Shown: positions 9,130 to 17,957, counted from the stretch's first letter. The stretch is DNA of 19,133 bases from Fidelibacterota bacterium (GCA_046861395.1 JBHHUC010000038.1:1-19133); one strand, 5' to 3'. Numbers and translations: made by a program. The notes: a model not told the origin generated them from the sequence alone.

Positions 9130-10073
9130 TGGAACTCTTTCCTCCGATCGACCCCTACCGTTCTTTTGATCTCCCCGTATCAGATTTGCATACGATTCAT
9201 GTTCAGGAAGCCGGAAATCCGAATGGGAAACCGGTTATTTTTCTGCATGGTGGTCCCGGCGGAGGCATCGAACCGGTTTACCGACAATATTTCAATCCGG
9301 AGCGTTACCGCATTATCCTGTTTGATCAGAGAGGTTGTGGAAAAAGCACTCCTTTTGCCGAATTGAAGGAGAATACGACTTGGGATTTGATTGAAGATAT
9401 TGAAGCCATCCGGAATGAATTGAATATTTCCCGGTGGGTGGTTTTCGGCGGTAGTTGGGGCAGTACCCTGGCCCTGGCGTATGCGGAAACCTATCCGGCA
9501 CCGGTAAAAGCACTGATTCTTCGAGGAATATTCCTTTTGCGGCCAAAGGAAATTCGCTGGTTCTATCAAGAGGGTGCGAATTACATTTTTCCCGATATCT
9601 GGGAATCTTATCTGGCACCAATACCCCAATCCGAACGTGATGATTTGGTTGCGGCATATTATACGCGACTGTGTTCACCAGATCGGGAAACGCGGTTGAA
9701 AGCGGCAAAAGCCTGGAGTATCTGGGAAGGAAGCACATCCAAGCTTTTCCAGGATCCGTCCCTGATTGAGCGCACCGGCGATGGTGCTTTTGCTGAAGCA
9801 TTCGCCCGCATAGAATGTCATTATTTTATTCATCATGGTTATTTTGAATCGGAAAATTATATATTGGATCACATTGACCGCATCCGGCATATCCCAGCGG
9901 TCATTGTGCAGGGACGGTATGATGTTGTTTGTCCCGTTACATCGGCCTGGGATTTGCACCGGGCCTGGCCGGAAGCAGATTTTCACATCATCCCAGACGC
10001 AGGACATTCCATGACGGAAAAGGGGACCCGTTCCACCTTGATTGAATATACCGAAAAGTATTCCCAATACTAA
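9126..10073 (+). CDS. pip: Proline iminopeptidase (alpha/beta hydrolase, S33)
   Basis: HGGPG, FDQRGCGKS, GGSWG nucleophile motif, VQGRYD, DAGHS. Start overlaps the yciH stop (ATGA). Confidence 0.95.
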   Translation: MMELFPPIDPYRSFDLPVSDLHTIHVQEAGNPNGKPVIFLHGGPGGGIEPVYRQYFNPERYRIILFDQRGCGKSTPFAELKENTTWDLIEDIEAIRNELNISRWVVFGGSWGSTLALAYAETYPAPVKALILRGIFLLRPKEIRWFYQEGANYIFPDIWESYLAPIPQSERDDLVAAYYTRLCSPDRETRLKAAKAWSIWEGSTSKLFQDPSLIERTGDGAFAEAFARIECHYFIHHGYFESENYILDHIDRIRHIPAVIVQGRYDVVCPVTSAWDLHRAWPEADFHIIPDAGHSMTEKGTRSTLIEYTEKYSQY

Positions 10074-10476
10074 ACCGTTGTGCATATTAATTGATTTTGG
10101 GCAAGTATTATCAAGAATAACAAGGGATAGTATTTTTGGATTGCATCAACCTTGTTGATGCATGGATTGAGACGCTCAATCCACTCCATATAAGGCAATT
10201 TAAAGTAAAATAAGGATAACTCTTTATCATTGTCCGTATTATAACTGTTTTATTCTAAAACTTTTTCTAAGGTGCACAACGGGTATTACTAACATTTGCT
10301 CGAAGTTTTATGCTGAATTATAAATTATATAATACAGATAATGTCTAAAGTCCTATATAAATAGTCGGGTAAAGTATAGACAAACTTTAGATACAACCTT
10401 GAATTCAGAATGCATCAATCATAGATTTCCAGACTATAAACGGAACGTTAATATTCAATTCAAACAGGAGAATGAA
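10074..10476. promoter_or_regulatory. AT-rich intergenic control region of the type IV pilus operon, containing multiple inverted repeats
   Basis: About 400 bp non-coding and visibly more AT-rich than the flanking genes. SD AGGAG at 10466-10470 precedes the pilin ATG. Exact promoter elements not assignable. Confidence 0.6.
10142..10183. repeat. Two abutting perfect palindromes, each 9-3-9
   Basis: TGCATCAAC-ctt-GTTGATGCA (10142-10162) immediately followed by TGGATTGAG-acg-CTCAATCCA (10163-10183). Confidence 0.9.
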
Positions 10477-10890
10477 ATGAACCGCATTTCACGGGTATCC
10501 AGAGAAGATGGATTCACGATGATCGAAGTCATGGTCGTTGTTGTTATTGTCGCGATTCTGGCAGCCATAGCTGTACCCATTTACACGCAATATGTGCGCA
10601 GCGCGCATGCTTCCGAAGCAAAATCTGTCATTGGAAGCATCTCCAATGCAGCCGACATGTTTTACCAAACCCGTGGCCAATATCCCGGTGATGTTGAAGA
10701 ACTGGAACGTGAAGGCCTGCTTGAACTCAAACCATCAATCAAACGTAACTGGATTTTTGAACTTCAATTACCCACAACCATTACGGCCACCAGCACAGCC
10801 GAGATGGAAGGCGGAGAAGGTCATATCATCTATTATGACCGAGATTTGGGGACCTTCACAGGATATGGAACCAAGGACAGTAACGCCTAA
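10477..10890 (+). CDS. Type IVa prepilin, probable major pilin (137 aa; 125 aa mature)
   Basis: SD AGGAG, 6-nt spacer, ATG 10477. Leader MNRISRVSREDG|FTMIEVMVVVVIVAILAAIAVP shows G-1, F1, E5 and P22. First gene of the pilus cluster. Confidence 0.92.
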   Translation: MNRISRVSREDGFTMIEVMVVVVIVAILAAIAVPIYTQYVRSAHASEAKSVIGSISNAADMFYQTRGQYPGDVEELEREGLLELKPSIKRNWIFELQLPTTITATSTAEMEGGEGHIIYYDRDLGTFTGYGTKDSNA

Positions 10891-10902
10891 TTTGATGGGA
10901 CA

Positions 10903-11955
10903 ATGGATTTAAAACAATTATTAACCTATTCCCTGGAAAGTGGAGCATCTGATTTACATTTGAGCGTCGGCAGTACGCCTATGGTAAGAATCCACGGTGA
11001 GATGAAACCACTGAACCTGGATAAACTGACCCAGGAACAGATGGAATCCATTTTGCCGCAGATTCTTAATGATGATCAGTTAAAAATTTTCCGGAAAAGA
11101 AAAGAAATCGATTTTTCTGCAAAACTGGAAGGGAAGGGGCGATTCCGGGTCAACTTTTTCAACCAGATAAATGGATTAGCAGGTGTATTTCGAAATATTC
11201 CGGAAGTCATTAGTGATTTTGATCAATTGGGAATCCCCCCCATTCTGAAGAACCTGGCGGAACTGGATCGTGGTCTGGTCCTGTTGACCGGCCCCACCGG
11301 TTCCGGAAAAAGCACGACACTGGCAGCCATGATTGATCATATCAATCAGACCATGGCCAAGCATATCATTACGATCGAAGATCCAGTTGAATATTTCCAT
11401 CGTTCGGCCAACTGTCTCATCAATCAACGGGAGCTGGGTGCGAGTACGATTAGTTTTGCCAATGCCTTACGATCTGCTCTGCGGGAAGATCCAGATGTAA
11501 TTCTGGTCGGTGAAATGCGAGACCTGGAAACGATCGCACTGGCATTAACGGCCGCCGAAACGGGGCACCTTGTTTTTTCTACCTTGCATACTTCGTCGGC
11601 AGTGAAAGCAGTGGATCGAATCATCGATATTTTCCCTCCCGGACAAAAATCACAAATCCGATCCATGTTATCGGAAAGTCTTGAAGCCGTCGTGGCGCAG
11701 AAATTGTTGCAAAACAAGGAAGGAACAGGACGATTACCGGCTTGTGAAGTCATGATCGCCACCACGGCCATTCGCAATCTTATCCGTGAAGATCGCATTT
11801 ACCAGATTCCATCGGTGATGCAATCCGGTGGTGTTGAAGGGATGCAGACACTGGATCAGGACCTGCAGCGCTTGGTCTCCCAGGGGAAAATCGAACGGTC
11901 GGCAGCAGAAACCATTGCCGATAATCCCAAACTGTTCCAATCCAACATATTATAG
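10903..11955 (+). CDS. pilT: Type IV pilus retraction ATPase PilT
   Basis: GASDLHL, Walker A GPTGSGKST, Asp box TIEDPVE, Walker B LREDPDVILVGEMRD, His box TGHLVFSTLH and the PilT signature AIRNLIRE. Confidence 0.96.
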   Translation: MDLKQLLTYSLESGASDLHLSVGSTPMVRIHGEMKPLNLDKLTQEQMESILPQILNDDQLKIFRKRKEIDFSAKLEGKGRFRVNFFNQINGLAGVFRNIPEVISDFDQLGIPPILKNLAELDRGLVLLTGPTGSGKSTTLAAMIDHINQTMAKHIITIEDPVEYFHRSANCLINQRELGASTISFANALRSALREDPDVILVGEMRDLETIALALTAAETGHLVFSTLHTSSAVKAVDRIIDIFPPGQKSQIRSMLSESLEAVVAQKLLQNKEGTGRLPACEVMIATTAIRNLIREDRIYQIPSVMQSGGVEGMQTLDQDLQRLVSQGKIERSAAETIADNPKLFQSNIL

Positions 11956-11963
11956 GAGTACTT

Positions 11964-12419
11964 ATCCAACTAAGATCTGAAAGCGGATTTACTTTTATAG
12001 AAGTCATGGTGGCGGTCGTAATCGTCACTATAGCAGCCCTCGGGATCATGGTGGGAACAGTACATGCCAAAGGGGAATTGCGTGCGCTGCAGGTACGGGA
12101 ACGAGCAACATTCTTACTGGAAAATTACACCGACTATTGGCGGGGCCGGGTTGCCGATGGAAATATATCTCCTGCTGAACGAAATGCGGGTGTCGCAGGT
12201 GAAACAGTTTATTTATATGGTGATGCCAACAGTGAGGATAAAGTAGTGGGAAAATTGTACTACGATATTTATCCCGAACCGTCAAAATACGCAGAAAAAA
12301 TGATTGAGCGTTTCCGAGTTGCCACCAGGATCGAATGGGATGATCATGTGTTTTCTAAAAATAATGTACAGAAAGAACGCCGCCTGGAAACAGTTATGGT
12401 GGAGTTTAAGTTTCAATGA
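11964..12419 (+). CDS. PilV/GspI-like minor pilin; probable non-canonical ATC start (151 aa)
   Basis: In frame upstream of ATG 12006 lies ...QLRSESG|FTFIEVMVAVVIV, a class III signal. SD AGGAG at 11954-11958 sits 5 nt before ATC 11964. The start position is inferred. Confidence 0.8.
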   Translation: MQLRSESGFTFIEVMVAVVIVTIAALGIMVGTVHAKGELRALQVRERATFLLENYTDYWRGRVADGNISPAERNAGVAGETVYLYGDANSEDKVVGKLYYDIYPEPSKYAEKMIERFRVATRIEWDDHVFSKNNVQKERRLETVMVEFKFQ

Positions 12420-13036
12420 AACGATTACGATTATTCCAATCCCAATCCGGGTTGACCCTGATTGAACTGGCGGCCGTGATGACCGTCATCGGGGTTGCAG
12501 TTGTGGGCCTTACCATTGGTTTCCAGAATATCCTCCTGCAATATGAACAGGATGCCGTTCGGAATAATCTTTTACAGTATTCCAATACCATGCTCAAGTT
12601 TATCGAGCATGAAGTGGCAAAGGCGGACAGTGTCAGGCGCGATGATGTGATGGGCTATTCCCGGATCCAGCTCATCCATACCGGCGATATGACACCCTAC
12701 ATGACCATCAGCGGTGATCCCGACGAAGGTATCAGGGTGGAAGGTCCCGGCGTAACTTCCGATCCCATTACCTTTCCCAATAAAGGTGATAATTATGTCA
12801 ACGGTATCCGCACTCTGAAACTCAAATCATTTAATATTGATACTTACTCCGACAGTCGTCCGGCACTAACAAAATTTAAGGAATCCTTCTGGACTCTGAC
12901 CTTTATCTATGAATTGGTTTCAAAAGTATCGAAGACGGGTATCACCGTTAAGGAAGAAATTGTTTTTGAGAAATCTTTATTCATCACCAGTCTTTATGTC
13001 GATAAAAAGCTGGCGGCCCTGAGGTCCCGAGGATGA
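12416..13036 (+). CDS. PilW/GspJ-like minor pilin
   Basis: MKRLRLFQSQSG|LTLIELAAVMTVIGV prepilin motif, 206 aa, second in the minor-pilin series, ATGA overlap with the previous gene. Confidence 0.8.
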   Translation: MKRLRLFQSQSGLTLIELAAVMTVIGVAVVGLTIGFQNILLQYEQDAVRNNLLQYSNTMLKFIEHEVAKADSVRRDDVMGYSRIQLIHTGDMTPYMTISGDPDEGIRVEGPGVTSDPITFPNKGDNYVNGIRTLKLKSFNIDTYSDSRPALTKFKESFWTLTFIYELVSKVSKTGITVKEEIVFEKSLFITSLYVDKKLAALRSRG

Positions 13037-15234
13037 ATCTGTTTCGCAACAACAGGGGCTCCGTGGCGCCTATTGCCGTGCTGTTTGCCATGCTGAGCTT
13101 GCTCTATACACTGGCCTATTTATCAAAGGCAACAACGCAATCCCGACTGGAACATTATCGTTATGCAAAAACGCGGGCCCGTTTGGCGGCGGAAGCTGGA
13201 CTCAATAAGGTCGCGATGGAAGAATTGCCTTATGTGAAGAGTGATACAGCTCTGGTCGATGCCTATACACAAGTTCCGTTTGCCCCCGATGATAAGGAAA
13301 TTCCTCTGGGATATTATAAAGATATTACGGTGAATATTACCATTGACAGGTCCACACAGCGTCAAACGTACAATGCTAAAGCGGTAGGTGTGGCGGAGAT
13401 CAAAAACCGGGACGGCGAAATCATTATGGTTGATGATACGGCCTATACCTCTTATGTCCCTACCGGATTTGAAGAATTCATGTATTTTACGGATAAAGAA
13501 GAATCATCCGGTCCGCCCAATTCGGATCTGAACGGAAATGTTAATTTCGGTTCCGGAGATTCGCTGTTCGGTCGTGTGCATACCAACGGTACCATGAGTT
13601 TGAGCAATTTCGGCTGTCCTGAATTCCTGGGCACGGTAACGTTGGGGGATATAAACGGCGGTATTAATTACGGTTCCTGCGATCAGAGCGTCTTTGAAAA
13701 TGATCAGGGTGAATCGATTATTGATACGGTTCCCAACATCGTATTTCCGCCGACTAATACGTTGGAAATCATTAAGAACGAAGCCACAAAAATTATTGAA
13801 GCCGACACGAAAATTTTCATGTCGGGTCCCAAACGCGATACACTTATTATGACCGAAATTGAATTCAAGGAATTCGGTTATGAGTATAAACAATGGTGGT
13901 ACTTAATTCCACCGGTGAGCGAACCGGTTGTCTATGCTTATGATTGGGACGATGTCAGTCCTGATATGGATGTCATGACTGGGGGTATCCATCTTTACGT
14001 GTCTGGTGATAGTGCCGGAGCCGTACATTATAATCCGAATCCCCCGGAAGATCCTATCGGTTACGGGACACCGAATATGATCATTATTAGTGATATCAAT
14101 GGTGACGGAGATAATCTTTTCAATATTCTGGATGGCTTGCCACCCGGCAGTAATATTCAGATCCAGTCCACCGTCATGCCCAAATCCATGACCTTTACAT
14201 TGAATGCCGGCTTTTCAATCGGCGGCGATCACCATGCTTTTGGTATCAGTAATTTCACTTATTCCAGCCCCCTGAACATGGGATTTCTACATAATGAAAG
14301 TGTGGAGTTGATTCTGCTGGATGAAAACGGCGGCCTGGCGGCTGACGTACAGTTCAATGAATTCAAATATTTCCATGATCACCCCGATGAACCCAATTCA
14401 TACTGTCGACCCGATGGCTTTCACCATTTTGATTTCCCCGGATATTTTGATCCTGTGACATATGAAGTCACCCCGCCCACATTCATCCAGATGACCAAAG
14501 ATTTTGAAGTAATTTATATCAAGGGTGGACAGGTGCTGGTTAAAGGTGTAGTTGATGGCCGCTATACCATTGTTACCGATGATTTTGTTGAATATCGTCG
14601 TTCCGATGACCCGACCAGGATTGATCGTGTGTGGGGAAATATTTGGCTGTTGGATGATATTGTATATATTGATTCTTATCCCTCAGGACGGGTTGTGATG
14701 GGAACGCCCAATGTCCTGGGTCTGGTGGCCGGCGGTAATATCATTATTGCCAATACGCTGGCCAACGGTGCTCGTAATCGGGCCTTCGGACAGGATATCA
14801 AAATCAATGCGGCCATGATTGCCATGAATGAAGCATTTTTAACCCACTATTGGCAAAATACAGTCTTATCTACCCAATGTCCCAATTGTGGGAATCCCAA
14901 TGAGGGAAATCCTTATAATTCCCTGGGAGACGGCCGCGGTCGGTTCCGCAATCCGTTCACGGATCAGAATTCACCTGTTCCGCCACCCAATACAGGTAAC
15001 CAGGATTACCGTGGTACCATTACTCTCTGGGGGTCTGTGGTACAGCAGAAGCGGGGTTATGTGAAACGGAACAATCCGGGTCCCTACACCTCGGGTGATA
15101 TCGGGTATGATAAATATTACCGTTATGATGACAATCTTTTGGAGTCACCGCCGCCTCATTTCCCCACGGTAGAAACGAATAGCGGTGCGACGTTCTTAAC
15201 GCTGAAATCGTACGGCAAAAAATTTGAGGAGTAA
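13033..15234 (+). CDS. Large PilX/GspK-like minor pilin (733 aa) with a DUF4900-like C-terminal region
   Basis: NNRG|SVAPIAVLFAMLSLL lacks E5, as expected for PilX/GspK. ARLAAEAGL is the PilX N-terminal helix motif. Further motifs FMYFTD, GRVHTNG, LGLVAGGNI, GSVVQ..RG, GYDKYYRYD..PPPHFP. The DUF4900 resemblance is recalled, not searched. Confidence 0.75.
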   Translation: MNLFRNNRGSVAPIAVLFAMLSLLYTLAYLSKATTQSRLEHYRYAKTRARLAAEAGLNKVAMEELPYVKSDTALVDAYTQVPFAPDDKEIPLGYYKDITVNITIDRSTQRQTYNAKAVGVAEIKNRDGEIIMVDDTAYTSYVPTGFEEFMYFTDKEESSGPPNSDLNGNVNFGSGDSLFGRVHTNGTMSLSNFGCPEFLGTVTLGDINGGINYGSCDQSVFENDQGESIIDTVPNIVFPPTNTLEIIKNEATKIIEADTKIFMSGPKRDTLIMTEIEFKEFGYEYKQWWYLIPPVSEPVVYAYDWDDVSPDMDVMTGGIHLYVSGDSAGAVHYNPNPPEDPIGYGTPNMIIISDINGDGDNLFNILDGLPPGSNIQIQSTVMPKSMTFTLNAGFSIGGDHHAFGISNFTYSSPLNMGFLHNESVELILLDENGGLAADVQFNEFKYFHDHPDEPNSYCRPDGFHHFDFPGYFDPVTYEVTPPTFIQMTKDFEVIYIKGGQVLVKGVVDGRYTIVTDDFVEYRRSDDPTRIDRVWGNIWLLDDIVYIDSYPSGRVVMGTPNVLGLVAGGNIIIANTLANGARNRAFGQDIKINAAMIAMNEAFLTHYWQNTVLSTQCPNCGNPNEGNPYNSLGDGRGRFRNPFTDQNSPVPPPNTGNQDYRGTITLWGSVVQQKRGYVKRNNPGPYTSGDIGYDKYYRYDDNLLESPPPHFPTVETNSGATFLTLKSYGKKFEE

Positions 15235-16296
15235 ATGATTTTAGGATTAGATATCGGTCGACAGGTTGTGAAAATGGCGACGGTTGATGCCGGCAAACAG
15301 GGATTCACTCTCCTGGATGTGGGCGAACGGGAAATAACCGATCTGAATCAGACCTACGATCCCGAAAAAATATCCAAACCCTATTGGGTCATGGCCATTA
15401 AAGAGCTGTTTGACCAGAAAAATCTGAAACCAAGGCGAATTCGGAGTCTGGTCTCGGCCATTAACGGAACCAATGCCAGCATCAAACAGGTTACGACACT
15501 GGATATGTCATCGGATGAATTGTATTCCGCCATGGTTTTTGAAGCACGAAAACATATTCCCATGGATGGGACCGACGCCGTAGTTGATTACCAGATCATG
15601 GGACAGAATACCAAGGAAGTCGATAAAATTGATGTCGGTCTGGTGGCCTGTACCAAACGCATTCTAAACAGCCATCTGAGTATTTTAAAGGACGTGGGAT
15701 TACGGCCCGGAATTGTGGATACGGATGCCACGGCCATTACAAATTTATTCATTCATCATTATGAATTGCCTGAAGAAGGGGTATATGTCGTCCTGAATAT
15801 CGGTGCTGTTTCATCCACCATTATTGTTCTGGGGCGTCAGGCACAATATTTCACGCGGGAAATTCCAATTGGAACACATCACATGGTCCAGGAAATTGTG
15901 AAAAAGCGGAAAGTGACCTATCCGGACGGTAAGGACATATTGGAGAAAGATGGTATCGACGCGTTCCGGGAAGATGCGAAAGCCAAACCGGACTCCGGCA
16001 TCGGGGTCAGTGTGGCCAGCCGGACAATTTTCGATAATTTTGTCGAGGATGTCCGTCGCTCTCTGCGCTATTATGCCAAGAGCACCGGTATGAGTTTCTT
16101 TCAGAGGATTCATCTGACCGGAGGCGGAGCCAAATTGCCGGGTTTTTCCGATTTCCTCAACAGTAAATTGAATGTTGAAACCATTTTATTCAATCCTTTC
16201 GACGTCATGGAAGCAAAAAAGGAAATTGATGTGTTAAATCCCTACCAATATACGGTTGCCATTGGACTTGCCCTGCGTGGAGGCCTGCATGAGTAA
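15235..16296 (+). CDS. pilM: Type IV pilus assembly protein PilM (actin-like)
   Basis: GLDIG, FEARKHIP, VVDYQI, LNIGA, LTGGGAKL, AIGLALRG. Confidence 0.92.
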   Translation: MILGLDIGRQVVKMATVDAGKQGFTLLDVGEREITDLNQTYDPEKISKPYWVMAIKELFDQKNLKPRRIRSLVSAINGTNASIKQVTTLDMSSDELYSAMVFEARKHIPMDGTDAVVDYQIMGQNTKEVDKIDVGLVACTKRILNSHLSILKDVGLRPGIVDTDATAITNLFIHHYELPEEGVYVVLNIGAVSSTIIVLGRQAQYFTREIPIGTHHMVQEIVKKRKVTYPDGKDILEKDGIDAFREDAKAKPDSGIGVSVASRTIFDNFVEDVRRSLRYYAKSTGMSFFQRIHLTGGGAKLPGFSDFLNSKLNVETILFNPFDVMEAKKEIDVLNPYQYTVAIGLALRGGLHE

Positions 16297-16888
16297 GAAA
16301 TATATCCTGATTAACCTCAATCAGGGCGAAAGTAAAGAGGCCCGCCAGGAACGAATAAAAGAGCGGACCAGGTGGGTAGTATTTTCCATTATAATCATCG
16401 TATTTCTAGCGGCCAATGCCAGTGTTTTCTATATCAATGCCGGATATAATAAACTCATTGAAAAAAAGAAAACGGAAATCGCACTGGTAAAAGCCCAGTT
16501 ATCGGAACTCCAATCCAAGGGGAAAAATATTTCCAAACGAGATATCCAGTCGCTGGCCAAAATTGAAGAAGAACGATTCATGTGGGCCCAGATTCTGGAA
16601 ACACTGGGGAAACTGACACCTGAAGATATCGCCCTGACCGGCATTCAATATAAATTCGGTAAATGGACGATTAAAGGCATCGCCACCATCTATGAGGATG
16701 TGAAGGATTTCGATATTGTTAACAATTATCTTAGTAAACTAAAAAATAGTAAAAAATTCTCTGAAAATTTTTCCCGGATCAAGTTCAGTGAATATTCAAG
16801 ACAGAAATTTCGAGGACAGGAAATCATCATGTTTACGATAACGGGGCAGGTGAAATCCAAACCCACCAGGTCAGGGGGGCGGAGATAA
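16289..16888 (+). CDS. pilN: PilN-like pilus alignment protein (199 aa)
   Basis: SD GGAGG before ATG 16289. N-terminal ILINLN is a variant of the PilM-binding INLLP motif. One TM helix, a coiled coil, then W..ILE.L...TPEDI.LT. Confidence 0.85.
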   Translation: MSKKYILINLNQGESKEARQERIKERTRWVVFSIIIIVFLAANASVFYINAGYNKLIEKKKTEIALVKAQLSELQSKGKNISKRDIQSLAKIEEERFMWAQILETLGKLTPEDIALTGIQYKFGKWTIKGIATIYEDVKDFDIVNNYLSKLKNSKKFSENFSRIKFSEYSRQKFRGQEIIMFTITGQVKSKPTRSGGRR

Positions 16889-17460
16889 TGGCTAAACGCA
16901 ATACGATATTGTTTTTCCTTATTTTTATTCTCACCGGTTCGTTTTGGGTCAGTACCTCCATGATGCTGGGAGACAAGCCCAAGAAGATTATTGCCCTGGA
17001 AGACGAACAAAAAATCCTGAATGAAAAACTGATCTCAGCCCAGATCCTGGCCAACAAGCTGGACCGGGTACACACCCTGTTTCAGGAAAACCTGGCTCTG
17101 TCCAAGGCTGATTCATTGGCGGAAGATGCTTCGATGCCGTTTTTGAATAGTTTGACTGAAATGCTGGAGACCTATGGAATTACGCTGCTAACAATCAAGC
17201 CGAAACCGCGCCAGGATAAACTGAACTATTTTAATTCACCGTATGAAATTGTCATTAATTGTACGTTTCATCAGTTGGGGCAGTTTTTTGCCGAAATTGA
17301 GCGATCGCCGCGATTGATTACGATCGACGAATTCATCATCAAGAATGGTATTGAGCGGATTAAAAACATGACGGACCCAGAAAAACTTAAAAAACAAAAT
17401 GTGGAAATTAAATTGTCAACGATTACCTTAATTAAATCGAAGAACCCGGTGAAACGATGA
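16888..17460 (+). CDS. pilO: PilO-like pilus alignment protein
   Basis: N-terminal TM and coiled coil, then FL..L..M....GI.L..I.P and FHQLGQFFAEIERSPRLITID, a PilO-type motif. Lies directly after pilN. Confidence 0.85.
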   Translation: MAKRNTILFFLIFILTGSFWVSTSMMLGDKPKKIIALEDEQKILNEKLISAQILANKLDRVHTLFQENLALSKADSLAEDASMPFLNSLTEMLETYGITLLTIKPKPRQDKLNYFNSPYEIVINCTFHQLGQFFAEIERSPRLITIDEFIIKNGIERIKNMTDPEKLKKQNVEIKLSTITLIKSKNPVKR

Positions 17461-17957
17461 ATAAACGGAATCAGACTATTTGGACACTGCTCGTCGTTTT
17501 ATCCATTCTGTTTATGGTTCTGAACGGCTTTCGGCTCTATCCCATTCAGAAGAAATATCGCCAGATTGAATCACGATCGCGGGAAACGCATTTTGGCACC
17601 GATGAGGAACTTGAAAGAACGATTGAATATTTGGAAAAGCGTTTGGAGAAACGCAGCAGTTACACGTTTAGTCTTGAAAAAGAACCAATGCGGTTGCAAA
17701 ACGTCCTTTATGTGTATGATGCGCAAGGACGGCGGTTGCGGTATCGTGATTCTCGGAAATTGCGGGTTACGGCAGTTTTTATCGGTGGGTCCCGGCCCCA
17801 GGCCCTGATTCGCTATAAGGATTTAAACTATACCGTTTCCATCGGTGATTCGTTGGCCGGCGGTGAAATCATTTGGATTGATGCCGATGAGGTTGTGTTT
17901 TCCAAGGAAAACAAAGAAATACATTACCCGGTCACGGCACCGGAACAAAATCAATAA
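17457..17957 (+). CDS. PilP/GspC-HR-like protein (membrane-anchored)
   Basis: Lies between pilO and the secretin. C-terminal beta domain LRVTAVF...ALI....YTVSIGD.L.GGEI..ID..EVVF. N-terminal TM helix; no Cys, so no lipobox. Confidence 0.6.
   Translation: MNKRNQTIWTLLVVLSILFMVLNGFRLYPIQKKYRQIESRSRETHFGTDEELERTIEYLEKRLEKRSSYTFSLEKEPMRLQNVLYVYDAQGRRLRYRDSRKLRVTAVFIGGSRPQALIRYKDLNYTVSIGDSLAGGEIIWIDADEVVFSKENKEIHYPVTAPEQNQ

Noticed and set aside
10074..10476. Sigma-54 promoter, c-di-GMP riboswitch or CRISPR array upstream of the pilin
   Set aside because: No TGGCAC-N5-TTGC match, no GEMM consensus and no regularly spaced direct repeats were found by eye.
10399..10480. TTG-start extension of the pilin, and a mini-ORF ATG-AAA-TGA at 10472-10480
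   Set aside because: SD spacing supports ATG 10477. ATG 10472 is only 1 nt from the SD and is unlikely to be used.
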